61,461 nucleotides of DNA, filler included, from 13 parts of 13 records of this genome joined end to end with filler, not necessarily neighbours in it; one strand, 5' to 3'. Positions 32,949 to 45,762 are shown, counted from the whole stretch's first letter. The notes: generated by a model from the sequence alone, not told the origin. Numbers and translations: made by a program.

Positions 32949-34251
32949 TTAGCTTGTATTATTGTCCAAAGTTACTTCCTCATTCCCGTCTTCTATGGGA
33001 GTGGTTGATGATTTTGGAAGCACAAATTCAGTCGGGGCGCTACCTGTACTACGTAGGCCATATGGCTCACGGAAGTGGCCCGGCGAGGCGTGTGGGGTTC
33101 TGCTAAAAATGAGCTCGTCCTGAATGTCAAAGCTGGCTCTGGAAGGGATCTGGTTCAAGGCAATGATCTCTGCATCAGCTGTACGAGCTTGAGCGGTGTC
33201 GAGGACAATGACAGAAGGTGACGCTTTGGTGGAGAATCCGAACTTGAGGAACTCGGAGCTACAGGCTTCAACCATTTGAACCAGCTTCCTCAAACTATGC
33301 ACAGACTGCCTGTAGGTACCCATTTTGTTACTCGGTGGCAAGCCGGCTGTGCCACTCACCCGTTGAAGTGCTCAAGCTGCTGTAAGCCTCCCAGTGCAGA
33401 GATTCTGTATCCGTAGTTGACGTCGTGAGTCAGAATGTTGAGCAGGCAAACAACCTCCTCGTCCTCCTGGCTCTTGAAGGAGTCCATTGCCTACTGACGG
33501 TCAGCTGCCCCAAATCGCAGAGCGCGAAGCACCTTGTGTGCGAGTTTTTCTGGTATGTGGTGACTCTGGTCTCTCAGGCACTCTACAGCCCCAGGGCTCA
33601 GGCATTCTAGCAGAGCTACTAGCTCTAGCACCGATGAACAAGGGAACTGTGAATCGAGTGAAAACAAGCCCGCCAATGATGAAGTAGCTGGGTTGACAGT
33701 CGGCTTCGTGGTAGCTGTCAGCCCACTCTCAGCGAGCCACCCAACCAGCAAGCGACCGCGGAGCAATGTAAGGCGACGGCTTCCGAGTCATGTCAACCTC
33801 AACTGCCCTGATCTCTCCAGCACGCAAAACCTCAAACCTCGTGGGTCCGGAGATCCTCGACGTGACACGATAGACCCAATTGATCCTCTCCTTGTGCCGC
33901 AGGATGACCTAGCACGCAGCTAAGTGGCGCACCGTGGCGTCGGGACACCGTGCAGTCGTTGCCAATTCGGACCCCATCCACCTGCGATAATGCACCCTCA
34001 GCATACGGCAGTCCTAGCACAGCAAGGTACCGATAAGAGCACATCTGAAGTCTCCAGAACCCCATTGCACGCCCCATACTTGGCTACCTCTGTTACCAAG
34101 ACTCCACTCTGCTCCGTCTGCATTCCCAGCGATCGGCGCAAAGCCTCGTTCTCCAGCTGCTGGAAATTGAACCCCAGCGGAGTCATGCCGCCGTAGTGCC
34201 CGGCCTGGGTGAACTCCTCGAGGAACTGCATCACCACCGAGACCGGGATGA
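32949..34251 (-). CDS. Deg/HtrA serine protease, PDZ-containing C-terminal part (Deg2/Deg9-like, 5' truncated, spliced)
   Basis: Motifs IPVSVVMQFLEE, LGFNFQQLENEALRRSLGM, VDGVRIGND, PSYFIIGGLVF, HDVNYGY and SLRKLVQMVE, all typical of Deg2-type proteases. Confidence 0.85.
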
Positions 34252-34513
34252 NNNNNNNNNNNNNNNNNNNNNNNNNNNNNNNNNNNNNNNNNNNNTTAAT
34301 TAATTAANNNNNNNNNNNNNNNNNNNNNNNNNNNNNNNNNNNNNNNNNNNNCCCTACGAGGCTGTTGTAAACTGGAGCGGCCACTCACCGGCTGCACCTG
34401 CAGACAGCAGGCTGCAGCCCGCCAACGGCAACTGAACAACCTCGGTTGCAGCGGTGCTGTGGCCCTTGAGAGCTGCCGTCATCTGCGCAGTCCAGCCCTG
34501 CTGAGCGCTGCAA

Positions 34514-37500
34514 ATGCTGCTGGATAGCTCCGCCTCCGGAGAGGTCCAGCCGGAGGAGGGGCACGAGCCTGGGGAGGCCGACCAGCCAAATCGCTGGAGC
34601 CTGGCCCAGACCAAGCAAGAAGCCGACGCCGTTGAGTATCAGCACGCGGAGCTGCCTCAGGAGGAAGAGCCCGGAGGAGTAGACCCGGACTCAGCCCCAC
34701 CCGCACGCTCGCCCGAAAGCTCGCCGCCCGCGGAGCCAACGCCGGTCCGGCCGCCTGTCCGGACGGCGAGCCCTAAGGAGGGCGTATGGAGGAGCCTGGG
34801 CGGGGCGCTGTGTGAGTGCTGCATCCAGTGGCATGCCAGCCTGTTCAATGTCTATTTCCAGGCGGCTGTGACCCTGTTCAGCTGCGCGCTGTTCGTCTGG
34901 TCGACCTACTACGAGGATGAGGGTGTGCCGTTGTGGATGGACTGGCTCGAGCTGCTCTGCGTGCTGATCTTTGTGGGCGACTACGTATACAGCCTCTGGT
35001 CGGCTCAGTCCGCCTGTCGGTACGCTCGGTCCACTGAGGGCCTGATAGACCTGGCATCTATCCTGCCGGTGCTGAGGATATTTTTCCTCAGCTCAACCTT
35101 CGGTTTCGTACAATTCGTGAGACTATTCAAGGTGCCTGCGGGCTCGGCGGCCCACCGAGCTCTCACCAGGTGCTCCGAGTGCTTCGGCTCCACAACCTGC
35201 GGACGCTCCAGTCCCAGACACAGGCTGCGTACGGCGAGGAGGCTGCGCGTGGCCGGCTGTTCGACCTGTGCTTCACCATTTTCTCTCTGCTGTTCATTTC
35301 AACCGGTCACCTATGCTGTCTGGGCAGGGCTCAGTGGGGGGCAGGGCTGATTCACATGCTCGATCACGGGTTTGGACAGACGTTCAGCTACCTGAATGAC
35401 GGCACCACTGACCCGCTCGAGTGGCTGGACGCGCTGTACTTTGTGATCATCACTTTTTCTACCGGTAAGCCCGCTGGCTGGGCTGGCTGAACTGGCTGGG
35501 TAGTGGGCTACGGCGATATTGTGCCGCTCGGTACGAGCGCCCGGCTGCTCTGTTGTGTGTTTGTGGTCCTGGCGTTCGCCACGGTCCCGCGAAAAGTCAA
35601 CTCGCTGGCTGAGGCACTCTCAAAGCGCTCGCCATATCTGGGAGAGTTCAAGCTCGCACCGAGGGTCACTCACGTGGTGGTCACGGGCAACCTAACCCCA
35701 ACTAATGTGGAGAGCTTGCTCGACGAAATTTTCAGCCCGTGCCACACCGGCGACCCGAGGCAGGCGCACCAGGCCGTGCTGCTGTCGCCGGAGGAGCCCT
35801 CAGATAAATTCCTGGGTGTGCTGGGGCGTCATAGATGCAGGCAATTTATCACTTTCCTGCAGGGCTCACCGCTCGTGCCTCACGATCTGATGCGGGCCAG
35901 GGCAGACAGGGCGGCCGCTATATTCGTGCTCTGCGATCAGAATAGCAGCAAGGACCCGCAGAATGAGGACGCGCGGGCGATCATGAGGACCACGGCGATC
36001 CGGCGGTGGAGCCCTGCAGCCGGGGCTCTGCTTGTGACTCAACTGATCCATCAGCAGTCAGTACAACATCTCACGATAGACCAGACGGTGGGCAAGTCGC
36101 ACAGTGTCACAAGCTGCTGTGTGTGCGCCGATGAGATGAAGCTGCTGCTGCTAGCGGAGTCCTGCTTAAACCACGGCCTTTCTACTCTAATCTGCAACCT
36201 GCTCACCTCAGTGCAACGCTTTGACGCTGACCCGAGTCAAGAGCCCCGGCCGAGTGTGCCCTCCTGGTTTAGGCAGGACTCTTGGCGGCTCGAGTACGAG
36301 AACGGCGCGGCCAATGAGATTTACCAGGTCTCTCTCGAGCAGTGGGCAGATCAGCCCAACGTGATGTTTCACCACGCAGCAGCCGCCATCTTCGAGGAGC
36401 AAAATACAGTCTTGCTCGGGGTCGTGATCAATGACGGCACAGTTCTGGTCAATCCGGCCGAGCACGAGCTTGAGCCGGAAGACACGCTGCTGGTGATTTC
36501 GTCGAGTAACCGGATGGCGCAGCGAACGGCTGTATGGCATAACTCGCTGGGCGAGGAGCAGGAGGACATCCATCTCGGGATTAAATCTATCCGCGCAGCG
36601 CTCGAGCTCGACGCAAACCCACCGCGCAGCCCTAAAATCGACCCACTGCCTGAACCCGAGATCGACTGGCAGATCGAGCTACAGGAGATCTGTGGTGAAG
36701 TGATGGCAGCCACCGCGCCTTCATCGAGATCAGCTGCTGTGGGTCGGGCGAGCGTTGCGAATGCACTTGCAGCTGCTGCTACCAAGATGCATGACCTTGC
36801 ACAGCGCACGGCGGCTGACTTGGATGAAGGCGAGATGGGCGAGACCGATCAGCATGTAGTGCTGGTGGGGCCGCTGCATCATGCTGCATTTTTCATTCAG
36901 TCGCTGCTGGGCTCAGCACGCAAGAAGAAGCAAAAGTGCCTGGTCACTATTCTGCACACGGACCAGCCAGGGTTGGACACTTTGCGAGACAAGCTCCTGA
37001 GAGACCACCCAGGATCTACACTGATCAATGGCTGCGTGCACCTGCCAGACTCCAGGATTCGGTTGGTCCGGGGATCGCCGCTTGTAGGGTCGGATCTGAA
37101 GGACGCCGGGATAGCGTCTGCAACATCGCTAGTGGTCCTTGCCAGTCCTGCGGAGCTTGTTGAGGGCCACGAGTATCTAGTCGATTCCGATGCGATTATG
37201 ATTGCAGCCAGACTGAGGTCGTTCTTCCCGGGCAACCTGCAGATGGTATTTCCACACCTGATTGTGGAGCTAGTCTGGAGCAGCAACATCTGCCTGCTCG
37301 ATAACTTAGTCGGGGACGCCGACGCCTCAGCCTGGTCTGGCGCGCTCTTCGCTTCAGGCTCAATATACTCAAACACGATCTTGAATTGCCTGGCTGCACA
37401 GGCCTACTACAACCCTTTGATTCTTCGAGTAGTGTCGGAGCTGCTCAATCCAGGGATGGCCAGTATGCCTCTCCGACACAAGCTGAGACAGATTCAGGTT

Positions 37501-37689
37501 CCAGCGCACTTTGTTGGCAAGTCGTATGGCACGCTTTTTCGGTGTCTAGTGGAGTGCAAGTTCATTGCTTTGGGGCTGTACAGGATGGCTGGGACTAATG
37601 GGAGCCAGAACCATTATGTGTGCTCTAATCCAGATTCTAGCACCATGATAGTCGCTGGAGATCACATATACGTGGTCGCTCCTGATTAA
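34514..37689 (+). CDS. BK/Slo-type Ca2+-activated K+ channel alpha subunit (spliced)
   Basis: S4 FVRLFKVLRVLRL. Pore DALYFVIITFSTVGYGD across an intron. RCK domains (HVVVTG, FLQGSPL..DL.RA, GLSTLICNL, EYENGAANEIY, ALGLYR, YVCSNP). Confidence 0.92.
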
Positions 37690-38315
37690 TTAAACAAATC
37701 TTATACGGAGTACATGCACTGTAAGGAGCGCCGGAGGCGCGACGCTCCGCTAAGGTACGCTACGGCCGCTGTAGGGCCGCAATCGCCTCGAAAATGCTCG
37801 AAAATAGACAAACCACTTTAGGGTTAGGTGCAAAAGGTCTTGTACGTACTGAATTAGTACTGAATAGTAACTAGTGGACCGGTGTTATTCATACCACGCC
37901 GCCGCTGCTACTCCTAGGTGTNNNNNNNNNNNNNNNNNNNNNNNNNNNNNNNNNNNNNNNNNNNNTTAATTAATTAANNNNNNNNNNNNNNNNNNNNNNN
38001 NNNNNNNNNNNNNNNNNNNNNTAGTTATCAATAAACGACTTCAACTCTCTACTTAGTCTTAGAGTCTTGGTTCGGAACTGCAGTGGTCTTCAGTTGCTCA
38101 ATCTACACCTAAGCTACAGCTGCTCCTTGTTCGACGACGCGCTTTTTAATAGGCCTAGGTACGGTACATCTTAAAGCTCACCTCATTACAGCACAATCAT
38201 TACATGTACACAATCATGGTAAACTGAATAGTAGTAAAGTAAAAATAAGCCTTTAGATATCAATGTTGTAAACGACTTTTACTCTCTTCGTTGCTACGTC
38301 ACATGCAGTCAGCAA

Positions 38316-41308
38316 TCAATATACACCGCGAGCTGGTTCAGCCATGTCAATCAGCTCCATCCCGATGGATGGAGCTAGTTGAGGAGGGTGTGGGACCGGG
38401 GTATCAGGCGGGGTATCTGCCCCAGCTTGGTCGTCGTACTGCGCGCTGAGTCAGTGGCCAATGATACTAAAATAAAGCCACCTGGTGAGCAAACTCCATC
38501 CCTAGTAGCTCCTGCCCGGGCGGTATATCGAAGCTCATCACCCGGTGCAGGTCGCGGCAGATAGTCATCCACTCACTCTCGCCCACCTCGCACTCGTCGT
38601 CCATTCCAAGCTTCTGCAGCATCCGCTCCAAGCTGCTGTTGGTGAACCGCTGGCCCATAGCCCGAAGAGAATTCCTCAACTCGCCCACCCCGACCTGTCT
38701 CATGTCAACCCAGCCCCAACCCCACACCTGCACCTTGCCGCTTTTATCTCGGGCCACAACCGCAAACGTCTCACGCACCTGCCGTGGAGCTCAAGGGGTA
38801 TCGGGTGGGAGTTTGGCACCAGGCTCTCGTTGAAAATGTCTGTGCTGCTGGTGGCCCCGTACTGACTCTGATCGCTTCTTGAGGAGGTTTGGCCGTAGAT
38901 CCGGAGGATCCAGTGGATGTGCCCCAGGTTGTACCCGGCGGCTGAATCCTCCGACTCGAAAAGCAGATCCGTCACCGCTCGCAGGTCATACACATTAAGC
39001 TGCAGCTGTTTGTTGTCATCGAACAAAGGGTACGACACGATCCTGAGCACCGTGTTCGGCGGCACCTGCCACCAGCTACAGCTACAGCTTGCCATCCGGT
39101 CGGGCGTACGTAAAAGCTCGATGAGAACTGGAATTGCAGCCAGTGTCCGAGGTGGTGCGCGATCACACCGAGGTCGCCCAGGATCGAGTTGGCTCCAGAC
39201 CGCTTCTTCTCGTTGTGGTGCTTCTTGTAGGCCTCGAAGATCATCGCCATTACCATCTTGAGCAGCAACAGCACCGTGAGCAGCTTGAACAAGGTCGCGA
39301 AGATCTGAGTCGACAGCCGGGATGTGACCTGCCCAGCTGTTACTCACAATAGATCGGCGCCCGCCGACCAACATTTCCTTCTTGTTCAGGAACGATAGAT
39401 TGTTGAAGATCATCTGAGTGACCTGCACCCTGGCTCCCGACCAGGCAGTCCAAAGTCTCTCACTGTCCATATCGAGGTGCCAAAGTCACCAAAGTCTGGT
39501 TCCGAGTCACCAAACGCTAGGTAGCCCATGTAGGCGAAGCATACCACCGTGGCGTAGATCACGAGGAACAGGTGCAGGATCTCGGATGCAAGGTCTCGGA
39601 AGGTGGATGTTATAACGTTGATCTTGTTCTGGAAGGCCATCCGCTCGAACAAGTGAAACAGCATGAAGCCAGAAGTCACCTGCCCGACCGGTCTCAGGCC
39701 ACGATGTCTAGCCCCGCTCTCCCAGCGCGCTCGTACCGAGGCCAGCAGCGCAAACATCTCCCTGATGCTATTTATCTGCGAGATCAGCTGCAGTATTGGC
39801 TGGAGTGCCGCTAGCTGCGCCGGCTGCTCTTGCTCAGCCAGAGGCCTGGCCAGCACGCCAGCCCGGCCGATCAGCGCGTCCAGCTGATTCCGTTGCTGCC
39901 GGAGCGAGAGCCAAACCGCCAGCTGGAGCAGGATCAGCCCGAGCACCATGGAGAAGTTTAGCACATAAGCGTTGCCCTTGGCGTCCACCTGCTGTGGGAC
40001 TGAGTGCCCAGGCGTCCCAGGATACACCGGGAGCGTGAACCACTTGGGCTCCCTCTTGCGCACCGGCGGGAGCAGCCGGGCCAGCCAGGCACAGCTCCCG
40101 GGACAGCACCTGCCGCAGCTCGCGCGGCCGGTTAGTTACAGCCACCAGATCGGGTCGGTGCCAGGGGTGCGCTGCTCGCCAGGCTCGCCTCGTGGGGTGA
40201 GCTTTGGCGACTCGTGCCGGTTCCAGGGCAGCTTGCCGCACTGACGACGGTCGATCAGACCGCTGGGCGGGGCACCTTGAACAGTACGGCCCACACAAAG
40301 TAGAAGAGAGAAGTGGTCCACATGCCAAGCAGCAGGCATGCCACCAGCACCCGTGTCTGATCGACCGTCATCGCATGCGGAATGGTCTGCGTGTCCACCA
40401 CGGCCGCCCATCTGCCGGCCAAGTCCACTTTGAACACTACTAGCACCTGCAGAGCAATCGGACGGGCCCCTGGGGCCAGGCGCCTGCGAGAGGGCGCTCT
40501 GTGATGGATTTGACACCACGAATTCAAGCTGAAGTTGCTCGAGCCCGGCCGGCAGGATCTCGGCCGCCTCCAACCGGGCCAACTGCACGTCCACCGCCCT
40601 GCGCGACTGCGCGGCCGGGACGAGTACCGGTTTGTCCGGCCTGGCGGCGGAATGCTGGTCAAAGCAGCGGCCTGTCGGGGCGAGCAGTGCGCCGTGCCGG
40701 CAGGGGACCGCGGCCCGGCCAGACCAGCTCAGTAGCACCCCGCCGATCAGGTGGGTATATTGATTGAGTGAGAAGCTGCCGACCGGGTCAGCACCAGGGG
40801 ACAGCGGCCGGGTGCCCGCACTGGCCCGTCGAATTGGACTCCCAGTCCAGGGCGAATACGGCCGGCGTCAGCTCCGATCGGATCCAGCCCCAGGCCTGTG
40901 GGCGTGACTGGACGCCGCCTGGGTCGGGCACGATACTCTGCAGTGCCACGTTGTCCACCTGAGCCGCCAGATGCAGCCGGCTCCCAACGAGAAGGCGGAC
41001 CAGCATGTCGGCCGAGTTGCGCTCTACGCATATCCAGGCCCAGTACAGCCCCATCAGGGCCAAATATGTGACCAGCGAGGCGTATCTGGCCCGTCTGGCC
41101 CGGAGCGGGGGGGGGGGGTCAGGGCACCCGCGCCGCAGGATCTTGTACATTCGCAGGTATGATTTGGTGGCGGCGCGGTTGATCACCTGGAGCGGCCTGA
41201 CACCCCGGGGCCGGGGCCAGGCACCAGCGAGGTGGGCAGCAGCGACGAGGCCGCATCCGCGCGGTGCACCTCGTCCGAGCTGAACGGATTGGCCAGCCTT
41301 CGAGCCAT
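38316..41308 (-). CDS. Second polycystin-2-like channel with C-terminal EF-hand-like region (many short introns)
   Basis: Motifs QNKINVITSTFRDLASEILHLFLV..VVCFAYMGYLAFG, LLLLKMVMAMIFEAY, and the EF-like VGVGELRNSLRAMG...LERMLQKLG. Start and end inferred from by-eye splicing. Confidence 0.7.
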
Positions 41309-41481
41309 CTCGGCCCGAGGGACGGAAGATCTACCACTCTAACAAGTCAACGAGTCAAGTGCANNNNNNNNNNNNNNNNNNNNNNNNNNNNNNNNNNNNN
41401 NNNNNNNTTAATTAATTAANNNNNNNNNNNNNNNNNNNNNNNNNNNNNNNNNNNNNNNNNNNNGTACCGGTAAGCTCAGGG

Positions 41482-42252
41482 GTGGACATCCTCGGAGTGG
41501 GCTCGTATGGGCCAGTGGATGGGGGTCTCTCGGGGGGGATGGTACACGTGAACAACTTCCCCGAGCCGATGCCCTCCAACCAGATCGAGAGCGTCTCGTC
41601 GATGCCGCCGAGGACCAAGCGGGTAGAGATGCCGGAAATCGGGGTCGATGAGATCCTCGCGTTCGATTGGAAGGCGTTCATGGACGGGGGGTCGCAGCCG
41701 GTCCCTCCGGAAGATCGGGTGGACACGTACCTAGCGAACAAGAGGACAGAGAGGCAGAAGCGGCAAGAGGGCTTACCTCAAGAACTGACGTTGGAAGCGC
41801 ATCGGAAGGCGCAACCGGGACCTTCTCAGCCCGACGCGGACAAGCTAGAGCAACAAAACAAGCTCGACGTTTTGACCCAGAACATCGCGGAGATCAAGGA
41901 CTCAATCCAGGAGTTGCGGCAGGGCCAGGCTCAGCCTGTGCCCCAGGATCATGCCAAAGTGGTCTCCGATGCGCTGCTCGCGCTCACAAAGACCGGGGCC
42001 AAGCGGCCGCTACTCGAGCTAGCCACCGGGGGGGCGGATGTGTCCGAGAAGAAGAGGATCCGCATGCAGCGGAATAGACAGTCGGCCCATGAGAGCAGAG
42101 AGAGGAAGAGGATGCACACAGAGAACCTGGAGAAGGAGGTGAAGGATCTGACAGACCAGAACGAGCAGCTGCGCAACACGTGCGAGACGCTCAAGCTTCA
42201 TGTACAGAGACTGGAGGCTCAATTAGATCAGTTACGCGAGAGCCGGGGTTGA
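41482..42252 (+). CDS. bZIP transcription factor (5' end uncertain)
   Basis: Basic region KKRIRMQRNRQSAHESRERKR followed by a leucine zipper (LEKEVKDLTDQNEQLRNTCETLKLHVQRL). Confidence 0.9.
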   Translation: MDILGVGSYGPVDGGLSGGMVHVNNFPEPMPSNQIESVSSMPPRTKRVEMPEIGVDEILAFDWKAFMDGGSQPVPPEDRVDTYLANKRTERQKRQEGLPQELTLEAHRKAQPGPSQPDADKLEQQNKLDVLTQNIAEIKDSIQELRQGQAQPVPQDHAKVVSDALLALTKTGAKRPLLELATGGADVSEKKRIRMQRNRQSAHESRERKRMHTENLEKEVKDLTDQNEQLRNTCETLKLHVQRLEAQLDQLRESRG

Positions 42253-42402
42253 GCGGCTCTTTCCCTTAACGTCTATTTAACGTCATGATTAAGTTAAGGA
42301 CCTTCAAACTAACACACAACAATAGTCCTGAGTAGTCATTCTATAAAGAACTTACGTATTCAAAGCTTCGTCTATCCTACTTGTGTTTAATTCCATATTT
42401 GT

Positions 42403-42464
42403 CGAGTTAGTCATTGTCGAGGGTTGCGACATTAGTCGAACCTCATGACAAGACTAACCTCTCG
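42403..42464. repeat. Imperfect ~60-nt inverted repeat between convergent genes
   Basis: Arms cgag-ttagtc-ttgtc-gag-ggtt-cgac and gtcg-aacc-ctc-gacaa-gactaa-ctcg pair around an ATTA loop with small bulges. Confidence 0.55.
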
Positions 42465-42653
42465 GTCTAGCTAGCTAGGTCTTAATTCACTACTTCTCGG
42501 TCTCTTGATTATTTGATATCATTCTCTACTTCTTGTCCAGCTTTTGTAGAATCGGTCGCCCACATGCTTTGCACTAATCCACCCACTGCCACCGCTCGCT
42601 GTCACGCTGTATCAAACAGCTTGAGCTCTTGACAATTGTCGTCTCGATCAAGT

Positions 42654-44471
42654 TTAGCCCCATTTCCATATTTTCACAAAACCATCCGCCCCCCCTGTGC
42701 ACGGCTGCTCGCCCGGCCGCCCGGCCGCGTCGGCTCACCGGCCATAAGCAACTGCTTTGGAAAATCAGCGAGCACTACAACTTCGCCCATCTGGTAGCTG
42801 CCACCGACAGTTAGAGCGCGGGCGGGTGGGCGGACGCACCCGTTGGGGTTGCCTGCACCGTTGAGCTTACACCGCTCGGTGAAGGCGGGCACTTCCCAGA
42901 GGACCACAACCCCACCAGTGAGTGCTGTGGCGAGCACGGGCACTCCAGCAGGATCTGCAGTGAGCAGCATTGCTGAGACACGGCAGGAGTCCAGATCGAC
43001 CCCGGCGCTGGTGGCCTGGATGGCCGTGTGCACGTTGTGCTCGTGAAGAGGCGCGAATTGGTTGCCTTGCACTCGATACACCTGTCAATCGATCAGCAGA
43101 CCGATACCTGCCGGGCCGGTGCCTTGACCGTCGCATCCAAGCTGGCAGTGGTGAGAAAAATGCCGTTGGGCAAAGCCATCTCCAGTGCGTTCATCACGAA
43201 ATGCGTATGGTCTTGCAGGGTCTGTAACCATGAAATCTCAGTACGCTCTGCTCCGCCCAGCGCAATAAAATCTCTAAGCCAGACCTGAACCGGCCCGTTC
43301 GCGACGTTCTCCAGCATCCAGATCTTGCAGCTGTTATCTTGGGCCGCCGAGACTACCAAATTACTCCCTGAGACGGTGCACATCTGGCCCAGGCCCACTC
43401 AGCGTGCCCTCCACAAGCCACGCCGGTACCTGGATGGAACGAATCGGCTGAGTGTGGCCCTTGAGCTCCATGCAGCCCGACCACTGGTTGTTATCCAATC
43501 GCCAGACGCGTATCGAGCCTGCCACCGCCTGCTGAGCCCGCGTGTGTCGAGCCAGGCACCATCGGCGCCTCCAGAAAGCATGATCGGGCCTGTGTTGGGG
43601 TGGCTGGTTGTCCTGAGCGCCTGGACAGCCCCTGGCGGGTGATCCAGCTTCTGCGTGGCCGAAGTCTGTAAGTTCCAGCATTGAACTGCTTGGGAGATCC
43701 CGGCAAACAGCCAAGGCGCCTCCGCATGCAGACACTCTACTGGCCCCTCGGTGGGCTGCCCCAGGCCACTCACGGCAGCCCGAGCCAGTCGGACCCACCA
43801 CCGCACTTTTCTTCTGGAGCTGCTGGCCGTTATACGCCCAGACCTGCCCCGGCTGCTGGCACCCCGCCTGGGCAGCTCTGTACAATGATTTGTCCGTCCT
43901 TCCCACTCGAGTACAAGTCATTGTCGCTGATCAGGATTCCACTCACCTTCGGCCGGCCATTGAGCACCGGCCCGGCCGCCGGGTCCCACCGCCCCGTTGT
44001 GCCGCTCCGGGCTTTGGGCGTGCTCTACTAACTTTGAAGCTCCCGACGAGTTTCCGCCGAACACGCCCCCACTAGGACTCCCGCCCTGTGCCCGAGGTGA
44101 ACCAGGGCCCCGGGCCGCCGACAGACCATGCCGCTGCCCGCGGGCATGGCCACCCCGGACTTTGAGACCAGACGGTGAATATGGTCCCTGGCGCCGTTGG
44201 CGTCCCGGCCTTGAATCAGGATCAACGCGGTCGGGGACGTGTGGCCTTTGCCCGGGACCTCCAACTGCGGCGGGCTGGGGGGCGGGCCGGGCGTGCGGGG
44301 CACCTTGACCCCGAACTTTTGTTGGATCCCTTTGATCTCGGCCCCCTTCTTACCGATAATGAGCCCCGTGCACTGGGTGGGGACCTAACCCCCAACCCGC
44401 CCGGTCGGCCCGAGGCCCAGCCCAGCCAACACCTCGAGCTGGACGGTCTGCTGCCCGCCGCCCATCATCAT
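42654..44471 (-). CDS. KH-domain plus WD40-repeat protein (spliced)
   Basis: Spliced N-terminus TVQLEVPTQCTGLIIGKKGAEIKGIQQKFGVKLEV has the KH GxxG loop. WD40 units LSGGADGSIRVW, LKGHTQPI, SAAQDNSCKIW, TASLDATVK, GGADGFVKIWKWG*. Confidence 0.8.
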
Positions 44472-45193
44472 CCCCGGACCGCTACTGAGACTGGGCTCGG
44501 GCGCCGGCCGCGGGCCAGCCCAGCAGTTGTCTCATCGTCCGCAAGTCCGTTGTCCGTTGCCGGCTGGGACAGTTGGATCAGTGTACAAAGGTACCTACGC
44601 GCACGGTGCGACTAGAGCAATCGTGCCTAGGGGCGGCGTCCTCGTGAATGCCGCCCAAGCAGGCAGCTAGCAAGAATTTGGTTAATTCAAAACTAAAAGC
44701 CGCTTGACGATCGCATCGGCGCTCCTCGTACTGCACTCGTACCACGAGTACGCGACCAACATGCAACCGATCGATCTAGAGAGAATTCGTGAAAGCAGCG
44801 AGGCGCTCCGAGCGATGTCCGTGCGCACCGACTTACCCGCTGGCCGGTGGCCCGAGCGCCGGCCGTTCCGGTTGGTCTGTGGTGTCAACAAACGAGTTGG
44901 GGGTAACCACCCGCCCGCCTGCAACTGACAGGCTGACGCTCGATCAACCAGCCATGGCCCACTTTATTCGCGTGCCCCCGTCGCGGTCTTATCTAGGATG
45001 CCACGTCTCTGCCCTCCATACGCTGCTAGCCCCTGCATCTCCGTTTCTGCGCTACCAAAGCACCGGGTCCGGCTCCCCGCCTCGCGGTGACACCCAGCAG
45101 CCCGTCGGGGCGCCCCGCATCCTCCCAACCGCCGACCAGCCCCCGCGACCCGAGCGCAACAAGGCGAGCCGCCGCCGCGGGACGAGCCCGGGC

Positions 45194-45355
45194 TCAGGAG
45201 AACTTGGGCTGCAGGCCGCCTTTCTTGCTCCGGCCGGGCTTGGCGGCGGCCTTGTCGCCACCGGCAAACATAAAGTACATGATCACCGCCCCGACCACCG
45301 CAGTGCCCACAATCTGCAGGTAGAACATCGAGGAGCCCTCCTCCTCGCCAGACAT
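45194..45355 (-). CDS. Possible 53-aa single-pass membrane protein, or last exon of a truncated gene
   Basis: Reads MSGEEEGSSMFYLQIVGTAVVGAVIMYFMFAGGDKAAAKPGRSKKGGLQPKFS* with one clear TM segment. Below the ORF-track cutoff. Confidence 0.4.
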   Translation of the reverse strand: MSGEEEGSSMFYLQIVGTAVVGAVIMYFMFAGGDKAAAKPGRSKKGGLQPKFS

Positions 45356-45560
45356 CTCGTCGTCGCCGGTGTTGCTCGGTGTGCTCGGGGGCGAAGAGTG
45401 ACGGCCGCATCATAACTACCCAGCCGACGAGGGCTTTCAGCTGGTGGTCGTATAGCTTAGNNNNNNNNNNNNNNNNNNNNNNNNNNNNNNNNNNNNNNNN
45501 NNNNTTAATTAATTAANNNNNNNNNNNNNNNNNNNNNNNNNNNNNNNNNNNNNNNNNNNN

Positions 45561-45762
45561 AGTCGAATGGGCGCTCGTCCGTCCAGTCTACCGGCGGGGC
45601 TGGAGCGGCCGGGGCGGCCGGCTCGGTCTTGGCGGCATCGGCCGGGTCGAGGGCGTCGGCCGGCTCAGGCCTGTCTCGCTTGACGGCCGGGTTGGGTGAC
45701 GACTGAAGGCTTCGCACCGCGTGCTTGCCCTTGGTGCTCTTCCGGCACGTCTGCTTACTCAT
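45561..45762 (-). CDS. 5' fragment of a gene starting with a histone H3 tail-like peptide
   Basis: ATG at 45762 gives MSKQTCRKSTKGKHA. Possible in-frame intron 45679-45717. Runs into the gap. Confidence 0.55.

Noticed and set aside
37817-37828. Telomere-like TTTAGGGTTAGG
   Set aside because: Fewer than two full units and not at a contig end.
42404-42461. SECIS-like ATGA...AA...GA pattern on the minus strand of the hairpin
   Set aside because: The spacings (9 and 13 nt) are shorter than canonical, the GA is Watson-Crick paired, and I found no in-frame UGA in the upstream KH-WD40 gene.
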